64,000 nucleotides of DNA from Octopus sinensis (lineage: Eukaryota), in the NCBI RefSeq assembly GCF_006345805.1, contig NC_043004.1, positions 35,278,001 through 35,342,000 of the forward strand, read 5' to 3'. Of the stretch, positions 62,807 to 64,000 are shown one piece after another; position 1 is the first letter of the stretch, and the number at the start of each line of letters is the position of its first letter. Under the pieces are notes generated by a model. The model saw only the letters and a list, made by a program, of their open reading frames with translations. It made no database searches and was not told the origin of the DNA. Both the position numbers and the translations under genes were made by a program.

Positions 62807-64000
62807 ACAGATAGATAGATATAGATACACACACACAATTATTTTTATGTACATATATATAAACACACATATATATTCTCATCCATAATGGATGAGTACC
62901 AACATTCCCAGATAGAAGACTTCATAACTGTTAAGAAATTCCTCTCTTCATGAAACTATTGGTAGCCTTATTAATCTACAAATAAAGTATATGTATACAT
63001 TTGTACATATACATATACATACATACATACATTTGTACATATGTATAGGTCACTTTAAATAAAAACCTTTGACTCTGCAACACTGTATATAAATTCTCTA
63101 CAGGGAATGACCAATTTTAAAAATCTGCTGTATCTCACACATAAGGGAATCTTACATTACTTATAAACTCTATATTTGGATGGACTCATTTTAATCTCTG
63201 TTGGACTTTTGGACTTTACTCATAGGATATTGGAATATTGCATATATACCATTATGCCTAAAAGATGGATTTACAACTTCAATACCCATACATATCTTGC
63301 ATCTATTTTCTTTCCTCCACCTCACTCTCTATTTTGTATCACATCGAAACTAACTATGACTTAGCTTTCCTCTCACACCGTCTCCAATGAAGGGATATTA
63401 TTAATATCCTAGAAACAGCTGTAAGACCTTCTATCTATAAATGCTCTAATATCTACACAGCCTTGGTTTTTTTATCTTATTATGCAAAAAATTATTATAT
63501 ACACACACTGACATAGAACCAACGTTGAACCCTTTATTCGCAATAATACCGAATTTGGAACTTAACTATGGTCTGTCTATAGCACTTATTCAGCATTACC
63601 TGACACCTTTGGGTCTCAATGACACCATTATCTCATATATATGTATGTGTGTGTGTGCATCTGTGTGTAGGGAGGGTGCATGTGTGTAAATAAATAAATA
63701 TATCATCTCATTGTTACTTTACATTTCCTTTCTATGCTGGCATGGGTTAGATGGGTTGTCAGAGTCTGAATCATTTCTTACTGAGAGGTACATTTGCTGA
63801 GATGATCGAAGAAGAGATTCGAACACAAAGCAATGAGATCAGAAGGATGAGGAGGATGGTTGGGTTGAAGAAAAGGTCAGTTGTCTGATGTAAACTGCAG
63901 TTAACATCGCTTTTCCATGATGGTATAGGTTGAACATTCTGACTGAAGTGCTGCAGGACTGCATCAAGCTCCAATGCCAGTTTTTGCATGGTTTCTAGGG

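Overview
AT-rich, microsatellite-dense eukaryotic DNA whose interspersed repeats look like those of an octopus (cephalopod) genome. That assignment is from recognition of the repeat families, not a database search. No intact host gene is recognisable, so the window looks intronic or intergenic. It is filled with four tRNA-headed or LINE-tailed SINE families, fragments of RTE, CR1, Tx1/L1, R4/Dong and probable Penelope-like retroelements, a deleted maT (Tc1/mariner) transposon, two hAT MITEs and a Helentron-type non-autonomous element. Three things stand out. (1) A decayed copy of the RNA polymerase II largest subunit (RPB1/POLR2A) linker plus CTD lies on the minus strand at 54223-55433. It is joined head-to-head to a plus-strand second copy of the extreme C-terminus, the geometry expected of a twin-primed, 5'-inverted retrocopy. 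(2) A fully paired type I hammerhead ribozyme at 5493-5538 sits in a ~570 bp tandem unit interrupted by a Tx1 insertion with a 14 bp TSD, and two more degenerate hammerhead motifs occur at 424-468 and 27403-27446. (3) There are two clean fold-back hairpins, at 18893-18951 and 60976-61153. Most ORFs in the supplied track are artefacts of (TA)n/(CA)n/(ATT)n repeats.
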